Shown here piece by piece: positions 23,901-32,638 of a stretch of 64,000 nt of DNA. A program made the translations under genes and the position numbers. Location: IMG/VR virus record IMGVR_UViG_3300034071_001262. One strand, written 5' to 3'. Source of the DNA: a virus. How positions within the stretch are numbered: position 1 is the stretch's first letter; each line of letters opens with the position of its first letter. Under the pieces are notes generated by a model. It did not search any database and was not told where the DNA came from. It saw nothing but the letters and a program-made list of their open reading frames with translations.

Positions 23901-25777
23901 GTTATACCTATGGACACACTGTTAAATTTTCCAATTAATTCTTGAGTTAAAGTTTTAGTGGCAGATTTTCCAAGACCAGAAGTAACGGAGTTTAGCATAG
24001 AATTAATGCCAGATTTATCTATTCCTGCTACAGTTTTTCTCATTATCCCTTCTGGTTGTAAAAACACACCACCAATATCTAATTCTTTGTCTTGAGGATC
24101 TTTATCTCCAGCGGCACGAATAACAGCTTGAATTTGTTGATCATTTATCTTGAATGTAGAACTGACACCATCTGATTCTAATTTTTCCTGTAAATTTTTT
24201 CTCGTTCCCTGTTTTCCACCCTTTTGGAATCTATTCTCATTCATAGCAGCAAGATTACTTGCTCCAATTTTATTAACACTACTTTTTCTGATTACAAATT
24301 CGCCCGGCTGTAACATTGCTGGAACAGTATCTCTATTTCCAGTACCCGGAACAAAACCACCGCGAGCAAACTGTCTTATCACGCCACCACTAGCACGACG
24401 ACGAACACCACCACTAAAACCAAGTAATGCGGTTAGGCCGGGTGCCAACCCCTGACCAACTTTAAGTGCTAACAGGCTTGTCAATAATGGTAATACTGGC
24501 TCTAATGCAGATCCTATTTTAATTAGTGCGCTAGCCAGATCCAAGGCACCAGTAGCTATTTCTCTAAAAGTTGAACTATTTGCTAATTGACGAATCAATG
24601 CAGAAAATTCTTCACGTACTTTTTGTGCCTGAACAGCTAATGCTTGTTGTGCTGTAATAGCATCTTCCGCCACTGAACCCGAAGCGCCTTGCGCGACATT
24701 TAAAGCATCTTGTGCAACGGTAAATTGTTGGATAAGTGGAATAACCTTACCAATTTGTCTAAATCCACCAAGTTCTTCAACAATAGATGAGAATCTAATA
24801 TCTCTTGGATCTAGTGCTGAAAGTCCAGCAGATAATCTTTTTACAGCCTCAAAAGCGCCAACGAATCTTCCTTCGGCATCTCTAAGCGAGATCCCCAATG
24901 ATTCAAGTTGTTGTACTGTTTCTGTTCTTTGAATTCTTGTAAAAATAGTTCTTAAACCAGTAGCAATTGTTTCTGCCGATTCTCTCGTTGTAGCGCGTAC
25001 TGATGTAAATAGAGCAATTAATTCGTTTACACTACCGCCAGCAGCAGCAAACACGCCACCTGTACGACGAATAACTGTAATTAAGTCGGATGATTCTACA
25101 GCAAACGCTTTTGATACAGAGTTAATAGCATCTAATGTGGATTCAAGAAATTTAACATTGCCACCAGCAGCAACAGCCTCATCACCAAACTGTCTAATGA
25201 CAGCAATTGCGCCTTCTACTGTTTCTGTGACATCTTCAAATGATGGACCTAGTGTTGTTTTAGCAAGAATATCTAAAGACTTTCTTGTTTCCTCGGCAGA
25301 GAAACCTGCCTGTGCTAATGTAATAGCAACATTTAATAATTCTTTAGAAGATGCGCCCAAGGATGTAGAGAGTCTGGTGACTTCTTGACTGACACCCTCA
25401 AGTTGTTTTACAGTATTTCCAGTAACCTGAGACAATGTGACCATTTGTCTTTCAAATGCGATGGCATCACCAACAGCACGTTTAACAGCTTGTGCAAATG
25501 AAAGCATTGTGCCAGTAGCTAATGTAATCACACCAAATCTACGGGCGGCTTCAGAAAGGTTTCTATTTAAAAAGCCAAAACTAGTAGCAGCATTTCTAGC
25601 GCTACCATTTATATCAGATAATGATCTATTAACTTGAGATAGGGTTCTAGTATTAGCTTCTACGCGAACATCTACAGTCACACCCTGCAATTGACTACGA
25701 ATTTGTGATATTACTTGGCGAGTATTGGTTGGTGCTTGTAGCTGTAGCTGTGCTGTAAGATTAAACCTTTCTCCCAT
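17918..25777 (-). CDS. Tail tape measure protein with inserted domains
   Basis: 2619 aa, Ala/Gln-rich and helical. TP901-like core (LAQAGFS...ATGLRTIFTRI), hydrophobic segments and FAxGG/DTVPAxLxPGEFV motifs; lies downstream of tail tube and chaperones. Confidence 0.9.
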   Translation of the reverse strand: MGERFNLTAQLQLQAPTNTRQVISQIRSQLQGVTVDVRVEANTRTLSQVNRSLSDINGSARNAATSFGFLNRNLSEAARRFGVITLATGTMLSFAQAVKRAVGDAIAFERQMVTLSQVTGNTVKQLEGVSQEVTRLSTSLGASSKELLNVAITLAQAGFSAEETRKSLDILAKTTLGPSFEDVTETVEGAIAVIRQFGDEAVAAGGNVKFLESTLDAINSVSKAFAVESSDLITVIRRTGGVFAAAGGSVNELIALFTSVRATTRESAETIATGLRTIFTRIQRTETVQQLESLGISLRDAEGRFVGAFEAVKRLSAGLSALDPRDIRFSSIVEELGGFRQIGKVIPLIQQFTVAQDALNVAQGASGSVAEDAITAQQALAVQAQKVREEFSALIRQLANSSTFREIATGALDLASALIKIGSALEPVLPLLTSLLALKVGQGLAPGLTALLGFSGGVRRRASGGVIRQFARGGFVPGTGNRDTVPAMLQPGEFVIRKSSVNKIGASNLAAMNENRFQKGGKQGTRKNLQEKLESDGVSSTFKINDQQIQAVIRAAGDKDPQDKELDIGGVFLQPEGIMRKTVAGIDKSGINSMLNSVTSGLGKSATKTLTQELIGKFNSVSIGITSGSLSKTVSEQYKNGINTALANFSNTFASQTFKNNPPFDSGKFSAALNRANIEQIEGGIFEAFVNGLSNSPFTENKINPNDTFDFPSGIGSAGQIFNLDSSLISDAKRTFSEDSLGSLAKKGTNKLVEGFRSTLANELISQNVGGFTSDIENRKKASTAEQRVSARKQKKFLGGIIRKFAAGGLATAPMVDDILQATGSILPKPSSAIQALIKSGGGAVDIDRTLKRTVGDIAYAKAKTPEAQQSVLQTYFRDEAKRLQDLKSSSLTQFGQELQNAIKSGQIDPRKISIISKSRRVKGAEDYLSNLFGIPRANMIFTQGGSKQPALDAMRSKGPRADRVQRFALGGGVGTDTVPALLTPGEFVINKKSAQSIGYGNLGRMNKVGKYANGGIVQRFAKGGKSEDTIFSSFVPLGGSSNKFMAALDKATFGLLDFGGVALRQLVTGVTSLGNAININRSIMDMLGDAGEKLKVSIDKNDSANKRSDRQQELLAGAYAERIKKLQESGATDDQIKSKVDEYIDALEKDTAAKIKSATATNQSSATTATPTAPAATGSTQQDQTLIKLKQYITAKYQAQLNVLASQEALQKRGFKTDADINQEKQRIRQALAQQATAEYQVAKQSVLAANANRGGSGGGGGGGAANRGNGGRSGGGRSTVEKLDAGFGAAQQFVFLGAAAAALATQMSGLSDVQKQAITETAGFVTGIVGIVGTIGQLITSMFAQTAASTASSAADAIETTASGLSAAADTTESVASVGAGVADGSEAVLSSVSAVADGIEATGSTVAAAADTAEAGASGAASAALIGLAAAIFIALAAVIAIAAVFKYQAAVARAQAEELKKASDAQLNAIANLTGSTEEFIRLQKEQVAKQNEASAKDAGSIGALIGGVLGAAILGIFGPFGIIIGAALGAWLGAATAEAKERERLAEISRKYAGELELSSKLLAESTEAQAKFKQSLQDIDIEKNLTPETRIQRRITAQTGVSTLPSLAISESNRQLQRLAGEKGKSIGELQESDFENDPELRQIFNNAQQSLAKNLEFLSQSVAESRKTLEEAAKVEITGDESLDDLLKNGGQLAQAFTLSQSAIRAESEARIAVLKAQKDSATTDETRASLQKAINSEQQRLQQRLSDQKAGLESLVDEQKRFKEELAATTAANAEFRRKLLEINAVANSLTNVDNALNKLAKSASNLDSLLSGANFDFSLDAPEGLTSLENVGDSAAFGAAVDNIAAGLGAEGARLAENVKTAAEIIKKTAQSQLVGVKFTTKEKQPTPEQFLAEIGLQPDFLGPALENFKKDFNKNLEDGILQADEAQSLIQPLVEQGKASAEQLNRFNEQQNKAISIYQNFVQQLKDQTDKEIEARQKLVSLVAKTEELRAKARGTELTSDQKESFRVQEAQVGLRGLKDVRGNQLQAGNVQQLSATRAAAFEERASIEADIKAGKVTADRAKREIELNNIIEKTTAELNRLTDQSDKAADILGEIDKERQKRETGKGLVEEFVVGGADQRKAINQAFAGVQAAIKTGTIQNQTPEQRKSTFDLLDKLKDFDFNIGGGRTLKGAQVKEEIIQRDAVRLGLDPKVLRALYGQTDKEKELINALDNLTNTIREAGGANVAFEEQKTKAAQQRVNAGARELGATGTARPGAPLPAVPPGQPAAGIDQVVAGQAAVAAGAAAVQAVNIPQKPATAQAPAAPQTREEMIAANKKRFEEDKARKKQAAQDRAKEIAEYQVQQSLQRQGLSDKTIGARASGAAKRFKGTKEEKNKEEERVFNQLKQQQQQQQEELRRKKGIEVAAAPAQLPQVAAAPAQLPQVAAAPAQLPQVAAEPRQEYQIRMSGNESYTISAPQSAFVAQPENAAAYNAAARYSARYGTSDSPVAPAAVAATPTAPTSPTAAMGPIPIDTSGLSNVFNAFVGNFSSSLDNIVQKFSGIETAFGSLAQSLTGITMEHTVTVEGLISLGGLNLESIKQELSSSIGQMVAQEITNQMDAESRRFRI
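18433..18534. repeat. Perfect 30-bp tandem repeat (~3.4 copies) encoding VAAAPAQLPQ
   Basis: tgcggcagcaacttgaggtaattgcgctgg repeated directly. Confidence 0.95.
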
Positions 25778-25790
25778 CTTTGCTCCATAA

Positions 25791-25824
25791 TAAAAGGAGG
25801 GGGAAGGTGCGAATTTCCCCCCTT
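25791..25824 (-). terminator. Rho-independent terminator-like hairpin upstream of tape measure
   Basis: Minus strand AAGGGGGGAA-ATTCGCACC-TTCCCCCTCCTTTT. Confidence 0.5.
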
Positions 25825-25849
25825 AGTCGGTTTAGTCCTTTGTATTTAA

Positions 25850-25856
25850 TACACAA
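25850..25856 (-). promoter_or_regulatory. Candidate late-promoter motif TTGTGTA
   Basis: Same intergenic motif at 29336, 32988, 43383 and 45562, with a variant at 40272. Confidence 0.55.
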
Positions 25857-26822
25857 TCAAGCCGGTTCGGCTTCTGTTTTTACCGACCTTTTTTTCCTCT
25901 TATTTTGAACATTATTATCGTCATCTTCTTCGCTAGAATCTGATGTGGCAATCGGGCTTCCATCATCGTCTAGGAATGGTTTACGCTCTTTAAGATCTAT
26001 TCTGACCCATTCTTCTTCGCCATCAGCATTGGTAACAGCAACAACTTCTTTGCCATCACGATTTACGAAGTAAACCTGAGATTGATCTTTATTTTTCTTG
26101 CCATCTTCTGTTCTATAGGCAATAAAGCGACCATCTTCATTAATTAATCTTCCATCAATGTCAACTAAGTTACCATCTTTGTCGATCAATTTTAGATCAT
26201 CATTTACAAACTTAAATTCCTTTAAGAATTTATTTTCTTCAAGATTATTTACATAATTAGGATCAAGATTGTAAAGCATGTTCGCTAAAGCAGAAGAAGC
26301 TTCTATAACCCAAGGCTGTGTAGCATTAGCATCATAAGATTCTTGATCTGGAAAGTATTTCTGTTTTGTGTCTGGATTTAACAAACACAGTCTTACTAGT
26401 TCAGCAAATCTAGCATTGTCTGCTTGACCTTCAACAGAATTAGTTTCTAATGCATTTTTTTCTGCAAGAAATATTTGAAAGTCTCCTCTTAAAGAGCGTA
26501 ACTCTAAAGCAATTTGTTTTGCTTCTGATAATTTAATACCACCACCCTTTAATAGATCTTCTTTATTTCTAATATTATCAATATAGTCATCATATTGTTT
26601 TTGCTTGCTCTCACTCCATATGCCCTGTTCTGTCATATAGTCATTGAGCTTTTGTTTAAGCAAACCACCAGAATCTAGTGCCTTTCTAAAGGCTTTATTA
26701 TAGGCAATTTGAGAATCTCTATAGTCCTCTGGTGTTGGCCTTCTAACTAGTACCTTTACGGGTTGATTATTATCATCCACACTTTCGACTAGTCTTTCTT
26801 TGTCTTGAATCTTATCCTTCAT
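25857..26822 (-). CDS. Putative tail assembly chaperone
   Basis: 321 aa, charged; lies between tail tube and tape measure. Confidence 0.45.
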   Translation of the reverse strand: MKDKIQDKERLVESVDDNNQPVKVLVRRPTPEDYRDSQIAYNKAFRKALDSGGLLKQKLNDYMTEQGIWSESKQKQYDDYIDNIRNKEDLLKGGGIKLSEAKQIALELRSLRGDFQIFLAEKNALETNSVEGQADNARFAELVRLCLLNPDTKQKYFPDQESYDANATQPWVIEASSALANMLYNLDPNYVNNLEENKFLKEFKFVNDDLKLIDKDGNLVDIDGRLINEDGRFIAYRTEDGKKNKDQSQVYFVNRDGKEVVAVTNADGEEEWVRIDLKERKPFLDDDGSPIATSDSSEEDDDNNVQNKRKKRSVKTEAEPA

Positions 26823-27198
26823 TTTTATCGTCTCCTTCTTGTTTTAATTGCGATACTGGTAGATTGATCAAGTATTTTTTCCTTGTAATATCATAATTTA
26901 TGAACTCAGATTCTAAGTTTCTAATCTGAGTATTTCCACGATCCAATATTTTGGCGCGAGCGTCTTCATATAATTCTTGTATCTTTTTTTGTTCCTCGCT
27001 ACGTTCACCCTCTGAAATAGATAAGCCCCATAGAAATCCAAAATTTTCCTCTATGGTAGATAGAGCGCCGATCATAGTAGTTTGTATTTTCTTTTTAGAC
27101 ATTTTGAATAATTTATCTCTAGACACTTCTTTATTGCGAGATTCTCTAGCAGCTTTTAAGTCTAGTGATTTTTTTAGAAAATTGTTATAGTCATCCAT
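26812..27198 (-). CDS. Hypothetical protein (tail module)
   Basis: 128 aa, overlaps both neighbouring ORFs. Confidence 0.6.
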   Translation of the reverse strand: MDDYNNFLKKSLDLKAARESRNKEVSRDKLFKMSKKKIQTTMIGALSTIEENFGFLWGLSISEGERSEEQKKIQELYEDARAKILDRGNTQIRNLESEFINYDITRKKYLINLPVSQLKQEGDDKNEG

Positions 27199-28253
27199 TA
27201 TCTACTACCCTTTCCTTTTATGCTATTAATTGCCTGTTGATTACGCTGTATAGCAATGTCTTGTTTAATATCGTCAAACTCTGTAAACTTAATTTGACCA
27301 TTAGCGTTAACTATTTTTTCTGCTCTAGATTTAACCACGTTTCTCGCTATTGGATTATTTAAACCATATATTTCTTGGGCGGCTTCTTGATCTCTAGCAA
27401 CTAAAAATACTTCTTGTGAATTGGCTATTTTGGGGTTTTTCAACATCGAATTTACTTCTTGTTCTTTTCTGTGCTTATCATGCTCTCTTCTTCTTATTAT
27501 CATCCAACCATCTAAACAATCATCATCATCTATGACTTTTTCATTTGGGCATTCACTACTCTCATAGATATTATCATACATACAGGAATAAGAACACAAA
27601 TATAATTGCTCTTTAGTATATTCTATGGATGGCTTATTAAACAAATTACCATGTTTTTTAGAAGCGGCCCACATAGATCTCCAAGGTTCGCTTCTAGCTA
27701 TTTTTCTAAATTGTTCTACGGTAATTGTTGACTCATTATATTTATCCATAATATATGATATACCATATTTATTCCAATCATATAAATTGCCAGATCCATC
27801 ATATGTAGTTTTAGAAATAAGCCATACAGATCTAGCAAAATTAGCAACTCCTTCACAGGAAGTATAGTCTAGACAGGATTTTTTTGAACGATATTTAAGC
27901 ATTCTTTTTTCATTAAATTGAATATTTCTTTTGATACTATTCAATGTTTTTGAGCTAAAGAAATTTTTAAATGCTTGTATTTTTAGTTCTTCAATTTGAT
28001 TTTCAATTTTATCTGCTTCTTTGTCATCAAATGGTGTCCAAAGATTATTTTCTACTAATATTGGCAACAATTCACTTTTTAATGGGATATTATCAAAATA
28101 TGCTTTATTATAAGCGTCAGTATAAATATCTACTGATTCCTCTAGTAATTCTCTACATGGCTCATGTATATATAGAACAAGGTCGCCTAGTCTGATACGT
28201 AAGCGACCTTGTATTATTCTATATAATATTTGCTCTAGTATTATACTATCCAT
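27198..28253 (-). CDS. Hypothetical protein, possible tail assembly chaperone
   Basis: 351 aa directly after the tail tube gene. Confidence 0.5.
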   Translation of the reverse strand: MDSIILEQILYRIIQGRLRIRLGDLVLYIHEPCRELLEESVDIYTDAYNKAYFDNIPLKSELLPILVENNLWTPFDDKEADKIENQIEELKIQAFKNFFSSKTLNSIKRNIQFNEKRMLKYRSKKSCLDYTSCEGVANFARSVWLISKTTYDGSGNLYDWNKYGISYIMDKYNESTITVEQFRKIARSEPWRSMWAASKKHGNLFNKPSIEYTKEQLYLCSYSCMYDNIYESSECPNEKVIDDDDCLDGWMIIRRREHDKHRKEQEVNSMLKNPKIANSQEVFLVARDQEAAQEIYGLNNPIARNVVKSRAEKIVNANGQIKFTEFDDIKQDIAIQRNQQAINSIKGKGSR

Positions 28254-28274
28254 CCATTATCCAAACTAACAAAA

Positions 28275-29285
28275 TTAAGTGGAACCACCCTGTACTGTTA
28301 ATACATTGTAGTTAGAATAACTGTAGGTAATAGTAGCATTACCACCACCAGTATCTCCACCAGAATATGATACAGAGGTTAGTTTATTCTTTGTGCCAAG
28401 ATTTAAAACTGTACCAGCGGTATCTTTGATTGTAATTGCTCTATCTATTAAGTTTGGAGCATTGCCAGAAACATTTATTAAATCACCAGAAGTGGCAATA
28501 ACTTCAAATTCAGATGTAACTTCGATTGGGAATGTGGCATATCTTGTATATGGCCCAAATCGACCTAGTTCTTGAATATTCTCTTGACCAAAGTCAGTAC
28601 TTACTGTAATACTTTGAACGTGATAACCACCACCAAGGCCAACTGGATCATCATTCATTTGTGACTTAACTTCAGCTGGTAAAGTAGAGCCTTCTAAATC
28701 GACATTGACTCTACGAACAACGCCGGATTTTGGCACATCTTCACCATCAAAATTGGAAGTTGGATTACTAGTCCAAATAGCGTTTGGTGCAGAAGCAATA
28801 ACACCAGCAGTTGTACCATTCCAGAATCTATCATTACCAACTAGTGTAACAGACTCTGTGGCATTTCCATCTACTGAATAACTATAGCTTACAGAGCTAA
28901 CGAACATACCAGAGTTCATACATACATTTCTAGGAACACCAGTTCCATTAGATAAGCCATCATCAAATACAGCAACATATACGTCTGATCTAGCCTTAGA
29001 TGCTGCTACTAAGTCAGTTTTACAAGCGCCGCTAGTAGCAAGATCAAATATAAGCTTGTAACCATCGATTACTTTTTCCAAAGTAACCTCAATATCAGCA
29101 ACTTCTTCTACGTTTTCATAAATTGCTAATTGACCCATTTCAAAAATTTGCTCAAGAGTAAATGTCGATGTCATACCCACGCTTTGTAGACCGTGTACAA
29201 TATGCGAAGAAGTAACTGTACCAGTACCTCTTGGGGCTACTGCCACTGCCTGACAGGCATAGAAAATGCGTTGATTAAAAGCCAT
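28275..29285 (-). CDS. Major tail tube protein
   Basis: 336 aa, beta-rich, two similar halves (EQIFEMGQ / ENIQELGR), strong RBS (AGGAGAG), position after neck genes. Confidence 0.7.
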   Translation of the reverse strand: MAFNQRIFYACQAVAVAPRGTGTVTSSHIVHGLQSVGMTSTFTLEQIFEMGQLAIYENVEEVADIEVTLEKVIDGYKLIFDLATSGACKTDLVAASKARSDVYVAVFDDGLSNGTGVPRNVCMNSGMFVSSVSYSYSVDGNATESVTLVGNDRFWNGTTAGVIASAPNAIWTSNPTSNFDGEDVPKSGVVRRVNVDLEGSTLPAEVKSQMNDDPVGLGGGYHVQSITVSTDFGQENIQELGRFGPYTRYATFPIEVTSEFEVIATSGDLINVSGNAPNLIDRAITIKDTAGTVLNLGTKNKLTSVSYSGGDTGGGNATITYSYSNYNVLTVQGGST

Positions 29286-29335
29286 TATATCTCTCCTATT
29301 TTTGTATTATTCCTCTGGTAAAGGTCATATGTATA

Positions 29336-29342
29336 TACACAA
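29336..29342 (-). promoter_or_regulatory. Candidate late-promoter motif TTGTGTA
   Basis: Intergenic, ~50 nt upstream of tail tube ATG. Confidence 0.55.
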
Positions 29343-29350
29343 AAATTTCT

Positions 29351-30310
29351 TTATATTGCTTTAACTTGAGTTCTACAGCGACTAGTACCCATATATAGAC
29401 CCGGAGAAAGTTGCGTGATCGCGCTACCTTTAGAGTCATAAATATAACATTGTCTATAGAAAAAATTATCTATTAAATTAGGATACATTCCGCTTGGCAC
29501 TGCGTTCGTATTTAATTCATTTCTATAATTAAATGGAAATGTTCCAGATATAGCAACAGATGTGGGGTTAAATAAATGTATAGTTCTATCATTTTGATAT
29601 AAAATACTATCCATAATATTCATACACTCCCAATGATTTTCTGTGAGTACATAAAATACTATGTCATTATTAACCCATTGACCACCACCCAATTGATAGC
29701 CTTGCAGCGATTGTGGAGTTAATACTTCTACAGCTATTGTTGGTAATTGTACTCTAGTTTCCCCCAACTGCGCCCATCCACCAGAATTACTGACTTGAAA
29801 GCCATCGTCGTTTCTAAATGAGCCAAGTTGAATTTCTCTAAAAAATGGTATACCTTGCGCTGGAACCACCTCTACCCACTTATGTGAATATTCTAACTGT
29901 ACATTACTTGTAGTAGAAATAGCTGTATTAAATATTATTTTACCATTTGTATAATCTATATAATATGGCTTAGATACATTACCAGTAGCATAAAAGGTGT
30001 TATTAATAAATAAACCAGAAATTGAAATTGGTTGCTGTGTGGTGGCAGATATTCCACTTTCCCAAACCCAATTTTTTCTATATGCCTCCCACACTTTGCC
30101 ATCACTATAGTTGGGATCATCAACCGGTCTTAATTTATGCCTATTGCCACCATATATGCCAGAATGTGGGATCTTAATATTAAAAAATGAGCCACGATCT
30201 AAAAATCCCCAATCATAAAAATAAACAAAGTTATCTAATAAGATATTAGACAGTGTGGAGTCTTGTGCATTGTTTAAATTAGCTAATTTGGTATGAGGAC
30301 CACCAGCCAT
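29351..30310 (-). CDS. Putative tail terminator/neck protein
   Basis: 319 aa; position immediately upstream of tail tube; RVQLPTIAVE motif. Confidence 0.5.
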   Translation of the reverse strand: MAGGPHTKLANLNNAQDSTLSNILLDNFVYFYDWGFLDRGSFFNIKIPHSGIYGGNRHKLRPVDDPNYSDGKVWEAYRKNWVWESGISATTQQPISISGLFINNTFYATGNVSKPYYIDYTNGKIIFNTAISTTSNVQLEYSHKWVEVVPAQGIPFFREIQLGSFRNDDGFQVSNSGGWAQLGETRVQLPTIAVEVLTPQSLQGYQLGGGQWVNNDIVFYVLTENHWECMNIMDSILYQNDRTIHLFNPTSVAISGTFPFNYRNELNTNAVPSGMYPNLIDNFFYRQCYIYDSKGSAITQLSPGLYMGTSRCRTQVKAI

Positions 30311-30918
30311 TATAATACCCTCTTAATACTTTGTAAAATAGCCTGTTCATTTCGCTTTAAAGCTCTAGTAATAAAATTATCATCAACAGTTCCAGAAAAA
30401 GCGCTATTTACTTTAAATGGCCCACCTCTAGTCATTTTTGCTAAACCGGTTCTTCCATATGGGCCATATTCTACTTTTGAATTAACAATAATAACAGTAT
30501 CCCCAAACGTTAATAACCACTCCAGCCAAGGTAATGATCCATTAATAATTTTTTGATTAGCTTGTGGCAAATTAAATAAATTACTATAGTTATTTGGTTG
30601 CATGGTGATCAAAAAACCACCCGTCATTTTATTTGAATTAGTAATCACTTTTTGAGTTTTAAGATTTAATGTTGATACAATACTATCAACTATAACACTA
30701 ACTGGACTAGATGTTAATCCAAAATCTGCTTTCAATAAGCCACCCTCTACAGATTGCATTTCTGGACTAGATGTTATAGCAGAAACAATGGTTGGTTTTA
30801 ACGAATTCAATACTTTGCTACTAGCATCATTTAGATATTTTTGAACTGCTGCCCCATATGCGGCATGTATTCTTTTTGCAATCTGTGTATCTGTTTCAGC
30901 AATGTTAATTCTAACCAT
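30310..30918 (-). CDS. Putative tail completion/neck protein
   Basis: 202 aa; position; C-terminal NFITRAL. Confidence 0.45.
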   Translation of the reverse strand: MVRINIAETDTQIAKRIHAAYGAAVQKYLNDASSKVLNSLKPTIVSAITSSPEMQSVEGGLLKADFGLTSSPVSVIVDSIVSTLNLKTQKVITNSNKMTGGFLITMQPNNYSNLFNLPQANQKIINGSLPWLEWLLTFGDTVIIVNSKVEYGPYGRTGLAKMTRGGPFKVNSAFSGTVDDNFITRALKRNEQAILQSIKRVL

Positions 30919-31423
30919 TGATTCGCTTCCAAAAAGTTACTACATATTTAGTATTATTTTGTTTAAAGCCCTGTGGAAAAGATGGCCCAGTTCTTTGATA
31001 TTTAGATTTATCGTACTTTTCTATTCCATCATAATTTGGTATAAGGTATTTACATTTTTCTATCTTTGGTAAATCTACCATATAAGCAATAGTCTGAATA
31101 GACCCATCTGGTACGTCTAGAGGAAATCCAACATTAACCCAAAATCTTTTATCCCAATATATTCTTAGTACAATTTCGTCTGTTGATTCCACAGCTTTAA
31201 AGCCTTGTCCATTGCAATATGGGCATGGCATACCGCGCTCAAATGGATATGGTCCATTAGCAACATATACGCTAACTGATCGTGTTTTAGTTCCTAATGT
31301 ATCAGAACGGCAATTTGGACAATCTTCTTTTTTTTCTGGATATACCAATGTGGCTGTTCTAGTAAATAATAATACAGCTTCATTATATGTATCAAATACT
31401 GAACTTGGTATATTTATTGCCAT
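30911..31423 (-). CDS. Putative head closure protein
   Basis: 170 aa with CPNC...CPYCNGQG Zn motif; neck region. Confidence 0.5.
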   Translation of the reverse strand: MAINIPSSVFDTYNEAVLLFTRTATLVYPEKKEDCPNCRSDTLGTKTRSVSVYVANGPYPFERGMPCPYCNGQGFKAVESTDEIVLRIYWDKRFWVNVGFPLDVPDGSIQTIAYMVDLPKIEKCKYLIPNYDGIEKYDKSKYQRTGPSFPQGFKQNNTKYVVTFWKRING

Positions 31424-31425
31424 AA

Positions 31426-31560
31426 TTACCCGTTTTCATTTGTTAAATCGGCTATTTCTGTTTCACCTACTTTGATAATTTTGAGTAAAACTTCTCCAAA
31501 CGCAATAGAGACAACTGGCTGTGGACCAATATATATTGTAGATTCTGGTATAAATGTCAT
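31426..31560 (-). CDS. Small hypothetical protein (44 aa)
   Basis: Hand translation MTFIPESTIYIGPQPVVSIAFGEV...; fills the intergenic gap. Confidence 0.5.
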   Translation of the reverse strand: MTFIPESTIYIGPQPVVSIAFGEVLLKIIKVGETEIADLTNENG

Positions 31561-31581
31561 ATATCACCATATATCACCATT

Positions 31582-31863
31582 TCAATAAACAAAATATATG
31601 GTATTAGGATCATATGATCCTAACGCGCTATAATTACCAGAAGAAATAGATACAATGTTGTATATTCCGCTTGCTCCAGTGATACCAGTAGTATCTGATT
31701 TAATTATTGCTGGCAAAGCAGTCCATGCTGTGGAATTATCTCCAATTTTGAGCATCTTAGTATCCATAGCAAATATTGGTTCACCACTTGCCAATATAGG
31801 ATTATTGGCTACTAAATTAGTACTAGTGTCTCTTCTTAATCTAATCTTTGGTGGGCGACTCAT
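31582..31863 (-). CDS. Small fibre protein with Mtd-N/hyaluronidase-N-like domain
   Basis: IRLRRDT...NPILASGE...DT..LKIGD..TAW..LP followed by YDPNTIYFV. Confidence 0.7.
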   Translation of the reverse strand: MSRPPKIRLRRDTSTNLVANNPILASGEPIFAMDTKMLKIGDNSTAWTALPAIIKSDTTGITGASGIYNIVSISSGNYSALGSYDPNTIYFVY

Positions 31864-32117
31864 CCTACCCCTCCATCTACACCAAAGTAATATGCAACAT
31901 CATCGAATCTAGTATCTAGTTTATTATTTATTACACTAACTGTTTGATCTAGTTGGCTTGCTTCGTATGGTGGAAATGGTGATACTATATTTTTATTAGC
32001 AATATCTGAAATGGGATTATTGCTAGAGTATAAACCTTTTGCGCCAGCTATACTAACTACACCCTTTCCACCAGATGGTTGAGAGTTAGCAGAAACAATT
32101 TTCTGACATATTGCCAT
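31860..32117 (-). CDS. Hypothetical protein
   Basis: 85 aa; RBS AGGAG; ATGA overlap with the next gene. Confidence 0.6.
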   Translation of the reverse strand: MAICQKIVSANSQPSGGKGVVSIAGAKGLYSSNNPISDIANKNIVSPFPPYEASQLDQTVSVINNKLDTRFDDVAYYFGVDGGVG

Positions 32118-32126
32118 AATAATCTC

Positions 32127-32627
32127 CTATTGAAAAACATTACCTCTATAATCGAATTGATTTGCGCCAAGTATCATACTGCCGGGACTATATGGACCAA
32201 GAATAGCTTGACCAACAAGTGTATTGTTGTATCGATAATCGGTTAACATATCTTCATATTTTTTGCAAAGATCGTTATACAAAACTATTAAGCTCTGTGT
32301 AACGCCTCTTAAATCAATAGCCGATGGCCCATCTTTAATAGATATAGAATTGGCTGATTCTGTTTTAACTTCACTACCAACTAATATACATGCAGATTTA
32401 TATACTGTCATTATAGAGAAATCATAATCATTAATCTCTATCGGATCTGGACTTATTGAAACCGATCCTATATCTATGGTATATTCATTTACAAAATCAG
32501 CATCATTTAATACATTAAAAGCTCCGATGACTAGAATCTGTTTTAATCTTTCGTCAGTAAATTTTGCGGCGTCAAGATCTCCTATAATAGATCTTAACAT
32601 TAAAACTAAATCTAGTTTCCATGACAT
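32127..32627 (-). CDS. Head-tail adaptor/connector
   Basis: LR.IIGD....FTDE.L motif; ISIKDGPSAIDL. Confidence 0.6.
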   Translation of the reverse strand: MSWKLDLVLMLRSIIGDLDAAKFTDERLKQILVIGAFNVLNDADFVNEYTIDIGSVSISPDPIEINDYDFSIMTVYKSACILVGSEVKTESANSISIKDGPSAIDLRGVTQSLIVLYNDLCKKYEDMLTDYRYNNTLVGQAILGPYSPGSMILGANQFDYRGNVFQ

Positions 32628-32638
32628 TTATTGACCCC

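Noticed and set aside
25857-28253. Programmed frameshift in tail chaperone genes
   Set aside because: No convincing slippery site with an extended second frame seen by eye
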